Positions 14,400-28,463 of a stretch of 64,000 nt of DNA are shown piece by piece (within the stretch, counting starts at the first letter, position 1; every line of letters begins with the position of its first letter). The translations under genes and the position numbers were made by a program. The stretch comes from the human T2T-CHM13v2.0 reference genome, Homo sapiens. Location: the NCBI RefSeq assembly GCF_009914755.1, contig NC_060936.1; one strand, given 5' to 3'. The notes beneath the pieces were generated by a model. It made no database searches and was not told where the DNA came from. It was given only the letters and a program-made list of their open reading frames with translations.

Positions 14400-14790
14400 T
14401 GTGCTCTTTCCTTCAGTCAATAGAAGCTGCATGCTCTTCTCAACGCCGTGTGTTTCCTACATCCTTGTCTTTGCTAAGTCCCCTACACCTGGAACTTCCA
14501 TATGAGCCCTCACATGCTGGTAAAGCTTTCTAACTTCCCCAAGGTCCTATCCAACATCACCTCCCGAAGTCTTCCCTGCAGGACACCAGTGTCTGTCTCC
14601 ATTCAAACCCTTGGAACACTGTGCTCATGTGTTTCTCGTGGTACTGAGAACATTCTGCCTCCATCCCCTTATGCCCATGTATCCTCTGTGGACCATGAAG
14701 TTCTCATCAAAGAGGCCCACATTTTACTTGTTATTGCTTTCCTATGGTTGGTGGTGACCCCAGGATGCTGAATATATGTGCAATCTTCTA
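14400..14790 (+). mobile_element. L2 3' fragment
   Basis: Degenerate L2 tail (CTTTGC...CCTGGAAC...CATCACCTCC...TCTTCCCTG). Confidence 0.5.
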
Positions 14791-14874
14791 TTAAATCTAT
14801 CGTAGCTTTCAAGAAATTCAGGCTGACAAAACGTCATAGTCCTTATGCAATATCAGAAGAAAAATAAACCCCAA

Positions 14875-15450
14875 AATATAACTTTATAGTAATTTCTGAG
14901 CGGAAGTTCATATATCGTATGATTAACCATTTTAAAGTGAAAGACTTAGTGGCATTTATATATTCATAATATTGTGAAACTACCCTTTCTATCTAGTTCC
15001 AAAACAGTTTCGTTATTCCAAAGTAAACCATTTACCCATTAAGTAATTTATTTCAATTCCTCCCACGCTCCAACTCTTAAAAACCTCCATCTGCATTCTG
15101 CCTCTATGGATTTATCTACCTGGATGTTTGATATAAATAGAATTGTACATTATGTTACCATTTGTTTCTGGCTTCCTCCACTCAGTATCATCTTTTCAAG
15201 GTTTACCCATGTTGTTATGTATTACAATATCTCACTCCTTTTCAAGGCTCAGTAATATTCCAATATATGGATATATCACAATGTGCTTATTCATTCATCC
15301 ACTGATGGACATTTGGGTTGTTTTCAGGTTTCTTTCTATTATTGCTGCTATAAGTATAAAGCACATGCACCTACTTAAGGACTTGTTTTCAATTCCTCTG
15401 GGTATACAACTAGGAGTAGAGTTACTGGATTATATGTTAATTGTATGTTT
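14875..15450 (-). mobile_element. L1MB-type 3' end
   Basis: CCATTTTAAAGTG...TCATCCACTGATGGACATTTGGGTTGTTT. Confidence 0.75.
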
Positions 15451-15633
15451 ATATGTAAAAGCTAAACCTACGAAAGTTTTGGAAGGAAGCATAACTAAAT
15501 CTTCATGATCTGAGAATAGGCAGTGGTTTTAAGACTTGACACCGAAAACATAAGAAACCAATAAATAAACAAATTGGACTTAATCAAAAAAACTTTTCTG
15601 TATCAAAAAAAAAAAAAACAAAAAATAAAAACA

Positions 15634-15996
<363 letters not shown>

Positions 15997-16392
15997 TCAG
16001 ATAAGGTCTACTATCCAGAATATGGAAATAACTCTTATAAATTAAAATTAAAAATATCAGTTACCCAATTAAAAGTGTCAATGACTTGAATAAATATGTA
16101 TTCAAATAAAATATACAAATGGCCAATAAGCACATAAAAAGAAGTTCAATATTATCAATCATTAGGGAAATCCAAGTCAAAACCACAAGAGATACCACTT
16201 CACAGTTACTAAGATAGTTATAAAAATAAATAAATGAATGAATAAACAAATAAATAACACTTGTTAATGAGAATGTTAGAAATTAGAACCTTATATTTTG
16301 CTCGTTTTACTGTATACCGGCCTAGCAACTGTGGAGAAGAGTTTGTCAGTTCCTCAAATGTTAAAATAGAATTATATGTACATACCATCGTA

Positions 16393-16601
16393 TTAGGTTG
16401 GTGCAAAAGGAATTGCAGTTTTTACCATTAAAAGCAATGGTAAAATCTTTCAGTCAAAATGAAAGCTTGGTGTGTTTATCTTCAAATTACGCAATAGGAT
16501 TTTTTTTTGTAGCTTTCTGTGACTCTGATTTACACCCATTATTATTTTACCATTACTAAAAATAATGGTAAAAAGCCACAATTACTTTTGCACTAACCTA
16601 A
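16393..16601. mobile_element. MADE1 (Hsmar1-derived MITE) with internal captured sequence
   Basis: TIRs TTAGGTTGGTGCAAAAG and CTTTTGCACTAACCTAA, TA on both sides; 209 bp versus about 80 bp for the canonical element. Confidence 0.9.
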
Positions 16602-16854
16602 TATTTCTTGCTATATACCCAAGAGAAGTGAAAACGTATGTAAACTTGTCTATGAATATTCACGGAAGCATTATTCAGAATAGTCAAAAGTGGAAACAAG
16701 CCAACTGTCTGTCAACTAAAGAATGGATAAGCCAAATGTTGTACATCCATAGAATGGAATATTACTAAGCCATGAAAAAGAAATGAAGTTCATGAAGGAC
16801 ATACTACGTGAATGAACTTTGGAAATATTACACTCAGTGAAAGAAATCAGTTGA

Positions 16855-17660
<806 letters not shown>

Positions 17661-17679
17661 TACACATTATACTATTCTT

Positions 17680-17992
17680 TTCATTTTTTTTTTGTTTTTT
17701 GTTTTTTTGAGACAAGTTCTCGCTTTGCCACCAGGCTGGAGTGCAGCAGCAGGATCATGGCTCACCACAACCTCCACTTCCTGGGCTCAAGTGATCCTCC
17801 CACCTCTGCCTCCTGAGTAGCTGGGACTACAGGTGTTCACCATCACAACTGGCTAATTTTTTAATTTTTTTTGGTAGAGACATGGCCTTACTATATTGCC
17901 CAGAATGGTCTCAAGCTCCTGGGCTCAAGATACCCTCCTGCCTCAGCCTCCCATAATACTTGGATTACATGCGTGAGCCATCACACCTGGCC
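17680..17992 (-). mobile_element. AluJ
   Basis: Full dimer with J-type CTCCTGGGCTCAAG. Confidence 0.88.
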
Positions 17993-18689
17993 TATGATTC
18001 TATGTATATGAAAAGTCCAGAATGGGTAAGTCCAGAGGCAGAATGCAACTTAGTGGTTGCCAGGGCCTGGGAGGAGGGAGTAATGGGCAGTGATTGATAA
18101 TGGTTACATGATTTCTTTTCTGAGCAATAAAAATGTTCTAAAATTGATTGTGGTGATGGTTGCATGAGTCTGTGAATATACTTACAAACACTGAATTGTG
18201 AATTGTGTAGTATGTTAATTATATTTCAATAAAGCTGTCTAAATATATATATGCAAACATTATGTTCTGATTTTGATCAGAATGTTTGTTTTCCACTTCT
18301 GCAATCATGCGAATTGCTCATTTAGTTTAGTGTTGGGTAATAATATGTATAAAAGTTTGGATGTATTTTAAGTAGATAATTACAATATGATGCTGATTCA
18401 TCTAAAATACTTTTAAAGCATAATATGAATGATAAGCTGCTATTTTTAATTCTATAAGCCCATATTACAAGTTGGCACTAAAATCTATATCCAGGAAGAG
18501 TAAGGTGCTAGCACCTTTAAGCACCTTTAAATGATTCTAAAAAAGTTTTCTCATTCAGAGATAATCAGCAAGGTTGCTGCAATAAAGCCAACCTTTAATA
18601 ATAATAGTAATTATTATAACAGTATCATTATTAATAACAGTATTGTTTGAATAATTTTATATTATTTTACTAATAACAGTAGTCACCAC

Positions 18690-18987
18690 TTTTTTTTTTT
18701 TTTGAGACGGAGTCTTGCTTTGTCACCCAGGCTAGAGTGCAGTAGAGTGATCTCGGCTCACTGCAACCTTCGCCTCCAGAGTTCAAGCGATTCTCCTGCC
18801 TCAGAGCCTCCTGAGTAGCTGGGATTACAGGCATGCACCACCACGCCCAGCTAAGTTTTATATTTTTAGTAGAGATGGAGTTTCACCACATTTGCCAGGC
18901 TGGTCTCAGACTCCTGACCTCAAGTGATCGGCCCACCTTGGCCTCCCGAAGTGCTGGGATTACAGGTGTGAGCCACTGCACCTGGCC
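18690..18987 (-). mobile_element. AluSx-like
   Basis: Full dimer; TSD AGTAGTCACCA at 18678-18688 and 18989-18999. Confidence 0.92.
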
Positions 18988-18999
18988 AAGTAGTCACCA

Positions 19000-19220
19000 T
19001 TAATTGAACAATATCTACGTTCAATCCAAAACTTAGTGCTAACTACTTTACATATATTATCTAATTGATCCACCCAACTGTCCTAGGAAATAGATTCTAT
19101 AATTAATCCCAAATTACAGAAAATGAAATGGAGACTTGTGGAATGTAACTTACTCAAGATCACAAGGGGCAGCCCCAGGGGTGAAATTTAGGCTTCCCTG
19201 ATTCTGAAGCAATGCTCTCC
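19000..19220 (-). mobile_element. MIR
   Basis: TTACAGAAAATGAAATGGAGACT...GTAACTTACTCAAGATCACA. Confidence 0.65.
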
Positions 19221-20799
19221 ATCTCTAAGGCAATGTTGCACAGGCCCTCTCATGAGGTGTGTAGATGTGGCTCAGAGGCCTGGACAGCCAGTTTGCTTCC
19301 CCCTACATCCAAGGGAGCCTGGGAGGAAGGTTTTGGCTTTGTCTCCAAGTGAAGCTTTCTCACCGTAACAAATCCACTGGGATCCTGGAAAAAAAAAAGA
19401 CTGACACTTATTAAACAGCTTTAAAACTCACGTTCTATTAGCCAACTGCAAGATCTGCACTGTGTTGTGAACTCACATTTTCACTGTAGCCGTGCTGTTG
19501 TGACTGGCAATCTTATGGTGCAGTATTTTCATATTATGAAAAGCATCCATTTGTAAAATGTAGACACTAAATACATCAGTTTCCCTCATCTTGTGTTTGC
19601 ACTTCCCCTTGAATAGCAACTTTGACTTCTTAGGTGTATGGTAGTCTCAGTTCTGTGAATGTAAATTATGACAGATGTCAGTTAAAGTAAAAGTCCCCGT
19701 GGAGTGGGGTGAATCTGGAAACACAGTGTGCTTGTTCATCCCAATAAGATCCATAGTTATGGTCATACACAAATACACACACCAAGGAGAACTCACTGAG
19801 CCTGGAGCCCTTGTTGGTCTCATCCCCTGAAAAAAAGGTTCACTTTCCATCCTGAGGCAAGGCTGAGCTCAGGAAAATCTACTTGTCCCCATCAGAGAGT
19901 GGGAAAGCAGCACACACCTCTGTCCACACAGGTGAGCCAAGAGCACAGGACACTCTCCAGTGAACCGGCGTCGGAGTGGCTGAGGGCTGGACTCTCCACG
20001 CTGTGGAATTGCACGGGGATGTCACACACTGTGGGACAGGTACAGGCTCAGCTAGAGCGCCCTCATGGCCCCCAAGTTTACATCCCCAAGATGTTTATGG
20101 TCCCAAGAAACATCTGCCAGACACCAGCCCACAAGCACAGCTCACAATAACCCTCAGCCAATGGCAGAGATGACTAATCCTGCCCCGTGATTTCATTGAA
20201 CATTATAATATCTATAACTCAAATATCAATATACCTTGTGTGCTCCACTTTTATTAGAAAGAGGCCAGTGTCTCTAAAGGAAATGCCAGCTCTTCCAAAA
20301 TAAGTAAAATATTGACCAGGGCAGCCTTCAAATGCAAGCATTTAGCCCGGTTAAAAGAGAACTCATTAAAACATTGACTTGAGTGGTGGTACTACTTTTA
20401 TGTTTGTAGAAAGGATATTATTTCTAGGCTCTAAATAATTCATTGAACAGAATATACAATACCTTCTATTCATGAAAATTATTATAAATTTTAGTGCTAT
20501 TTGATTCAACAGCACATTAAAGCGTTTGCTGTCAATTACCATGTAGCTCTCAATTTCTAAATAACAATGCTCATTTCCCTGAACTCTAACCTAGTGTTTC
20601 ATAAACTTCACATTTTCACAATCAGCATTCCGTGTTTCAAAGATAGATATTCACTTTATATCTAATGTTTCCCAAAGGAAAAAAAAATAGTTTACATTAT
20701 CTGAGACTTAAATTTGTGTTTGTGTGTTGTTGTTTTTTTAAAACTAATGAGAAGGTCAAATACTTTAATGATATCCTCATATCTCTTTTAATTTATATT

Positions 20800-20975
20800 T
20801 TAAAATTCAGGGCCTCAATCTTGCTCAGGATGCAGTGTAGTGGCACGATCATAACTTGATGCAGCCTGGAACTCCTAGTCTCCAGTGATCCTCCCACCTC
20901 AACCTCCTGAGTAGCCAGGACTGCAGATATACACCACTATACCCAGCTATTTGTTTAATTTCTTTTTTGTAGATA
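20800..20975 (-). mobile_element. Old Alu right-arm fragment (AluJ/FRAM)
   Basis: AGTGGCACGATCATAACT...GATCCTCCCACCTCAACCTCCTGAGTAGC. Confidence 0.75.
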
Positions 20976-21019
20976 CTAGGGTGTGGCTTCAAATGCCTTT
21001 AAGAAAGTTCAGTCTTCTC

Positions 21020-21351
<332 letters not shown>

Positions 21352-23878
21352 TTATGTGCAACCTTTCTCAGAGTTGAAAACATCTTGAATGCTACTGTCT
21401 GCCTGGCAAATAGCTTGAATAATCATTGAGATAAAAGCAAAAGACTACAACTCGATACAAACTATTTGCCCCAAAGTTACACCCAGAAACTCAAAGCATT
21501 AAAACAAATCCCCAGTGTTTCTACTTTACGTACGTGGAGACATTATATAATTTTAAACTTTTGATGAAAGCACTATAATTTTAAAGCATATACCACAAAA
21601 AGTCATAACAATCAAACTGAAAGATTGATGTGTTTATTTTCAAATTAAATAATAGGATTTTTTTTGTAGCTTTCTGTGACTCTGATTTACATTTCTCTTG
21701 TTTCACTAAACTTGGATTTTCTTCCTCCATTGAGTGTCTTTCATTAAAAGTGTTCTTATCAATAGCACTAGGTTAGAGCTGAGGGAAATTTGCAGTGTCA
21801 TAATCTGTAATTATAGGGAATTAAACTTCTTTGGCATTCAAACAAAACTTGTCATTGACAAAGTCAAATACCTGTCACAATTTTAACCAGCATTAATTGT
21901 GACTTACAGGTTGTTTGGAAGAACATAACACAAAAGTAGCAACTGGGGCTCTTTCCACAGATGGAGTAAATTTATGACACATTCGGTATTGACCAATTAT
22001 TTATAAAGTCTATTAAATTTGTCAGTGCCGCTGGTAGGAAAAGATTTATTAAAACAACTAATGTAAAACGCAATGAAATAGCTTAAGTCTCCTTATGAAA
22101 TATTAATATCCATGAAATCTGGTAATCATAAGCCTGTATTTGCAATTTTGTTTGTGGATACTCTTAATTCAAGTGGTTGGTTGATAGGGGTTTAAGCTCT
22201 CATGACCAGGAGCACCCAAAGCACAAAATGAAAAGAGCTTCTGAGAATAATAAACCTCAAATTCAGAATAAGGATTCTCTCATAGCAAAATAGCACAGTT
22301 TGGGAAGAGAGCTCAATAGGTTTGAACTCTACTTGCCCTATTACTAAAATCATTTTGGCCTGTCAGTGTTTCTACTTATTCTCATTCCTCAAAAGGGATT
22401 GTATAAAGGACTCTTGCTGGCTTAGACAAACACGGGTAATAAGGACACCCATTTTCCAAAATGAGGTGATAGGCAACCACTTGCAAAGATCGTTAGTGAA
22501 AATTATGAGAGCATAGAAAGGTTGATAGAAGAGTCCAAGTGTTTACACATTTCTTTAGAAAGTCATGTGTGTTCGTCAGTTCGAGTGTTACCCTACCTCG
22601 GGGTAGCTTGGTGGGTTCTTTCCTCATAATCAGCAAAGTGGAGGATGCAGTTTTCTCATGATGTCATCAGCTAGAGGATGACACTGAGATGAGAATTCAA
22701 GTGCAAATAATTTCTTTGGTCCGTATTATCAGAAAACACTGTAGGAATGTGAAGTAGTGAGAAAGAAAAGGGAAGAAGCTTTTAAAAGGAGTGCTATCAA
22801 GCTGGTCACCACTGTGGGGCAATCAGAGCTTAAACTCAGTGAGGAACATTTGGAAGGAGCATAGAATACACACCTGAGAGTTATCTTCCCTTGACAATAG
22901 AGAAATGAAACTAACGTATTCATCCACCAATTCGTGGTGACTCTTGACTCTAGGCATAAAGTAGGCATCCTGCTTGTTTTTCATTGTTTCTTCTGCAATG
23001 TTACTAATCACTGTGTTTTGAAACTCAAATTTCACCATTACTGTCTATCTTTGTCCTACTTATTGGTAGATGACACAAATGTCCTCCTTCCTCATGTCAT
23101 AAAGCTTTCAATTCTTGGCTCCCCCTCCCCCTCCTCAACACTCTTTTATCATCATTCTTTGTGGTTCCAGTTTTCACACAAATAATCCTTTTACATGCCT
23201 GTGCTTTCAGTTTATTTACCTCTCTTTAAACAACGTTTTCCTCGATCTCGTATCACTTATACAATCTCAGAATCATATCCTAGACATCATCCTTGCCCAT
23301 GATCATAATGGATACAATTTTGGGGAAAAAAGTTTTAAAGTAATACAGTATATTTGTATTGGATTAAAATGTAGAGAGAACATTTGGACAGCAGTGATCT
23401 TTCCAAAGTGTCACTCAATCATATATAAGGTAGAAATTGTAAGAAAAATTTTGCGCCCTGAACGAAGCATTACATATTACATTTTAGAAAAAGTCTGCAT
23501 GTCACCATATTCTGCTACCAATAAAAACATTAATGTAAATAAACACATTTAGATAAATATGAACATTATGTTCTCCTTCAGCAGTTTCTCCTGCTCTCAG
23601 TCTCTGGCATATTTTCTAAAATGTTTTATCAAAATGTAGGCATCTGCCACTGTTTCTGATGGCCAGATAAATAAGCAGTACTAGGGAAAAAATTCCAAAA
23701 CAGTGATAGGTGCACTTTTTAAAGAAAACCATTCTTATGTTGTTTTGTAGCTGAAATTCCATTCTTTTACTTTAGAAATTCATTGACTATGTCAGAAAGA
23801 AGAGGAAGAAATCAGTTGGAACCAAATGTTTGGCTTAGTTTGTGAGAAAGAGAAACAGTAGGTAAAAACTGAATATGT

Positions 23879-24200
23879 GGACCACGCACAGTGGCTCATG
23901 CCTATAATCCCAGCCCTTTGGGAGGCCAAGACAGGTAGATCACTTGAGGCCAGGAGTTTGAGACTAGCCTGGCCAACATGGCAAAACCCCATCTCTACTA
24001 AAATTACAAAAATTAGCCGGGTGTGGTGGTGTACACCTGTAATCCCAGCTACTTGGGAAGCTGAGGCAGAAGAATTTTTTTAACCTGGGAGGTGGAGATG
24101 GGATTGCAGTGAGCCAAGATTGTGTCATTGCACTCCAACCTGGAAAACAGAGTGAGGCTCGGTCTCAAAAAAAAAAAAAGAAAGAAAGAAAGAAAGAAAA
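23879..24200 (+). mobile_element. Alu (Jb/Sz-like)
   Basis: Full dimer, A/GAAA tail, TSD AAAAA(C/T)TGAATATG. Confidence 0.9.
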
Positions 24201-24859
24201 ATTGAATATGCAGCCCTATGTATAATAAAAGGGGTGCATGCATTAGCTTGCATCTATCACATGGTATTATCTTTGTATAATCCTGTAAACACAGATCATA
24301 GAACTGAAAGAATGCACCCACAGTGTAATTAATTAGGGGAAATTCAATCTCAAACCAGAACCAAGTGCCTCTCCTAGTATTGATAGTTTTACTATCATAG
24401 GTAGCCTGGAATTAATACATGAATCAGTTTTCAGACCAGTTAACTCAGAATTGAACATTGTAGCGTGCATATGCATCTTACGTAATGTGGCCAGGTGACT
24501 GCTAGCCATTTGGTAGCCACGGTCTTCACATTCTAGAAATCGCATTGACCTTGTGTATTAAATAACAGATGCTGTTTTAATTGAACATGTTTGCACTTTT
24601 GTAATACAAATTATTACCTATTATAAAGGCATATATTAGGCAGAGCATATTAATTATTAAATCATCAAGATATATACTTATGAGGTTTGGCCAATATATA
24701 CTCATGAGGTTTGGCCAGGTTTACCTCACTAACAATTTATTATAGGAACATATCTAGGTCGGACATTTTTTGTTGTTCAAATCAGTAGAGTTTCATCTCT
24801 CAGGATTGGAGTGTCCTTTCTCTGTCTCTCTCTCTCTCTCTTGCTCTCTCTCTCACATA

Positions 24860-25002
24860 CAGTAAACCTTCACGTGACATTGTCAATAGGTTATTGGAAA
24901 CTGTGACTTTAAGTGAAATTACATCTAACACAAGCAATCTTTTTTTACCGATGTTATAATGAAAAGATGTTGAAAGAAATGATGTTATTTGAAGGTATGA
25001 TG
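24860..25002 (-). mobile_element. MER6-like TcMar-Tigger deletion derivative
   Basis: TA|CAGTAAACCTTCAC...GGAAACTGTGACTTTAAG...GTTATTTGAAGGTATGATG|TA. Confidence 0.6.
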
Positions 25003-25004
25003 TA

Positions 25005-25135
25005 ATATATTATATATATATGTATTTTTATATATGCTTTATGTATTTTGTTATGTATCTATTTACATATTTTGTTATTTATATATTTTGTTATATATGT
25101 ATATGTCTGTGTATTTATATGTTATAAATATAAAC
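25005..25135. repeat. (TA)-rich low complexity
   Basis: Seen directly. Confidence 0.85.
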
Positions 25136-25229
25136 ATGCCCATCCTGTTGAGCCACTGGTCCCAGCAGCTGGAGCAGTCTCATGGCTCCACAGAGTTGAT
25201 GTGTGGATTCGAGGTGTGGAGCTGCAGGA

Positions 25230-25465
25230 TAGTCTCAGAGTTGGGGTCATAGATTCCAGAACTGGCCTTTTGGGACTCAGATCTAGCTGTATAATCTGAG
25301 GCAAGCCAGCAAATCTCTCTGTGCCTTGGTTTCTCTGTTGGTAAAACGGGGAGACTTACTTTACAAGGTTGTCGTGAGAATAACTTGGGTTAATATTTGA
25401 AAAGCACTTAGAATAATATAGAGCACATAGGCAGTGCTAGGAAAAATGTTATTAATGAATGAAAG
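25230..25465 (+). mobile_element. MIR
   Basis: CTCTCTGTGCCTTGGTTTCTC...AAAGCACTTAGAA. Confidence 0.7.
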
Positions 25466-25589
25466 CACATATTTCACAACCACATTAGAATGACATGGAA
25501 TTGGAATCTAAAAATAAAATGTTCATGATGCGAAGTGATTAAAGTATTGTTCTCTCAATGCTGTCATTGATTATGTCATCAAAACACTT

Positions 25590-25750
25590 GTGTGAGTTTG
25601 ACTTATCATTATATCCATTTTACAGATGAGGAAGCAGAGGCTTCCTAACTACAGGCTAGCTGCACAAAGACACATAACCAGCCATTAGCAGAGCTGAGAC
25701 ACAAACCTAGGTTACATGAATCTAATTTTATGCACAAAATACCACCTTAA
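25590..25750 (-). mobile_element. MIR fragment
   Basis: CCATTTTACAGATGAGGAAGCAGAGGCT core. Confidence 0.7.
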
Positions 25751-26852
25751 ACTGCCTGAGCCTCCTGATGCCCACACCTTGGAAGCAATTTCTGTAAGGA
25801 AAATACATGTCCTTATTAAAGCAACAACCAAAAACATAGTCAAAACCTCAGTATAAACAATCTTCCCCTCTTTCTAAGAATACATTAATAGCATAACTAT
25901 CACTGCAAACAAAGCTGGGTTCTCAGCTCCACAGAGCCCAGGTGAGGACAGACTCACAAACTGCTCATTGCTTTGCTGACAATTGCAGTTCAAATTCTTA
26001 GTGACAATTCAGCTTGGAGAACATCAAGTGTCATAGAAAATGGAGAAATCAGTGAGATCCCAAATACTGGATTCTAATTTCCTATTTTTCTTTAATGCTT
26101 ATTAACATGAGGGTAAGAAAATATTCATTAAAAGACTCAATTCTATGGAATATTTTAATAGAAATCTTTTACCATCAAATTTGAATATTGAGGAGTCTTT
26201 AAATGTCCATGAGTTCAGACTCTTGGCATTGTCAAGCATAACATATGTTATATATGTGAGATAATAATAAAGTGAAGTAATATCATTAGCTATAGGTCCA
26301 AATGGCCCCACATTATACAAAAATGAATATAGCTATAAGCCATTTAGGAAAATATTCTCAACTATGTTTGAGATCAACTTCTTACCCCTCTAATTCCCAA
26401 AATACTTAGAAGAAAATCTGTAATTTATTCTTTGGATAATGTTAATTTTTAAGAATCACAATTTCCTAATTATTATTTTTGACCAATGTACTGATTTAAA
26501 ACAGATTTTCTCACAAAGAAATAGAAATAGTTTTTAAAACTTTGTATTCAAAAAGGTTATGAAAATAATGTATGAATAATCCCAGATTCAACTTATTTAA
26601 GTTATATAGTTTTGTCTTTTAGATAAAGAATAGTTTATGAAAACATTTCTCTCTCTTTTTTTGTCTTAAGAACCTTGTTTCTGGGAGGTGTCCAAAGGTA
26701 GGAGGAGGGGGGCTTTTTTTCAAGAATAATTAACGTTCTGTGTTTCACTCTATATTAGTTATTATAGATGTTTCTTGTTTCCGTAGATAGATATTCACGA
26801 CCGGGCTAGAAATGGCTGCAGAATTTGTTCTGTGAAGGGCCGGCTGAGGCAG

Positions 26853-26948
26853 CCATCCGGTAACATCACCTGGTAACACCACCCGGTAACATCATCGGGT
26901 AACACCATCCGGTAACACCATCCGGTAACACCATCCGGTAACATCACC
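26853..26948. repeat. 13-bp minisatellite, 7 full units (consensus CCATCCGGTAACA)
   Basis: Units start at 26853, 26866, 26879, 26892, 26905, 26918 and 26931, plus a partial unit. Confidence 0.95.
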
Positions 26949-27919
26949 TTCAGACATCCCAGGGGTATCTTTCTGTGTTACCTCCATTCCTCTCCTTTCC
27001 TAAAAATCTTCTAAACTATGGGTTTATAGGGGTCGAGTTTGTGATATGCATAACCAAATCCCACATATATGATTATCTTTTGTAAATTCCAAGAATGCCC
27101 CTCTTAGCCTGAATCAACAACTATCAGACAGATTTAGGGACTTGTTCTGCTTCCAGAATGTAGACTTTTCTACACTGTTCGGCCTGCACTACATACCAGG
27201 ACCCACGAATTTTGCAGCAACCAGCCTTAATTTTTCTGAAAATATCTTTCTTGCCACTATTTATTGACTCATTTAGCTCAGCTCACAGCAGATGGAATGT
27301 CTAATCAAGAACCCTATAGACAAGATGATGGAGGGGATGGCACATCACGTGGCAGAGGATGGTGTTCTCGGCTTTCTTGTGGATGAAAAGAAACGCTTAG
27401 CTGTTTCCTTCTCATCCAGAGAAAATAAAGTACAGGGAATGCACAAAATCGAAATGAAACCAAACATATTTGTTTAAAGGATAGCCTCTACTCGTGAATA
27501 AAGTTGATTCTTTGTGGTGTAGAGAAGTCATCCAGCGCTCCTGGGGTAAACGCCGAACAAGGACACTAGCGTCTTTCTCCTTTGACCTTCATCACGCAGG
27601 CACTCAGGAAGATTCTTCCATCTTTATTTGCTTTACTTTTCCCATTTGCAAAAGGAGAGCAATCATGCCACCTGTCTGCCCAGGTGGCCTTTTGAGGATA
27701 AATGAGAAGAGAGAAGGCATTTTCCTGCCAGAACTATTGTTCGACTCTGCACTCCTTTTTTGCTGCTCCCAGGCTGAGGGTCATCTTCAGCACTAATTGC
27801 CTCATCTCTTTCTACATTGAATCTCTTGGCAGTGAGAAAAGCTGCTATCTTGTATCTCATAGGAACATCCACCCATCTGGTTCCTCAAGCTCTACTGTGT
27901 TCCCTTGGCCCTGCCATGT

Positions 27920-28120
27920 CTAGAACCCTAGTTGCAAAATCTGAGTTCCATTTCAGATGTTACCGCCCACTCACTGGGTAATTCAGCCTTTATAATTTTC
28001 AGTCTCTACAGTTTTAAAGTAGGGATATTAATATATGTATTGCTTGTTTTGTAGGTTAATAAGAAAGTCATATTTTGTGGAGTGTCCAGATGCACTAGGC
28101 ATTAATTAAGACATGAGTAT
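27920..28120 (+). mobile_element. MIR fragment
   Basis: Degenerate MIR (CTGAGTTC...CACTCACTGGGTAA...TAAAGTAGGGATATTAATA). Confidence 0.45.
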
Positions 28121-28150
28121 GTGAGGACACGTTAAGAAATGAAAATTGCA

Positions 28151-28463
<313 letters not shown>

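Noticed and set aside
23115-23552. 145-aa ORF in unique DNA
   Set aside because: TTG start, AT-rich, no recognisable domain or exon structure
26853-26948. CRISPR-like array
   Set aside because: Head-to-tail 13-mers with no unique spacers, no cas genes, and primate context
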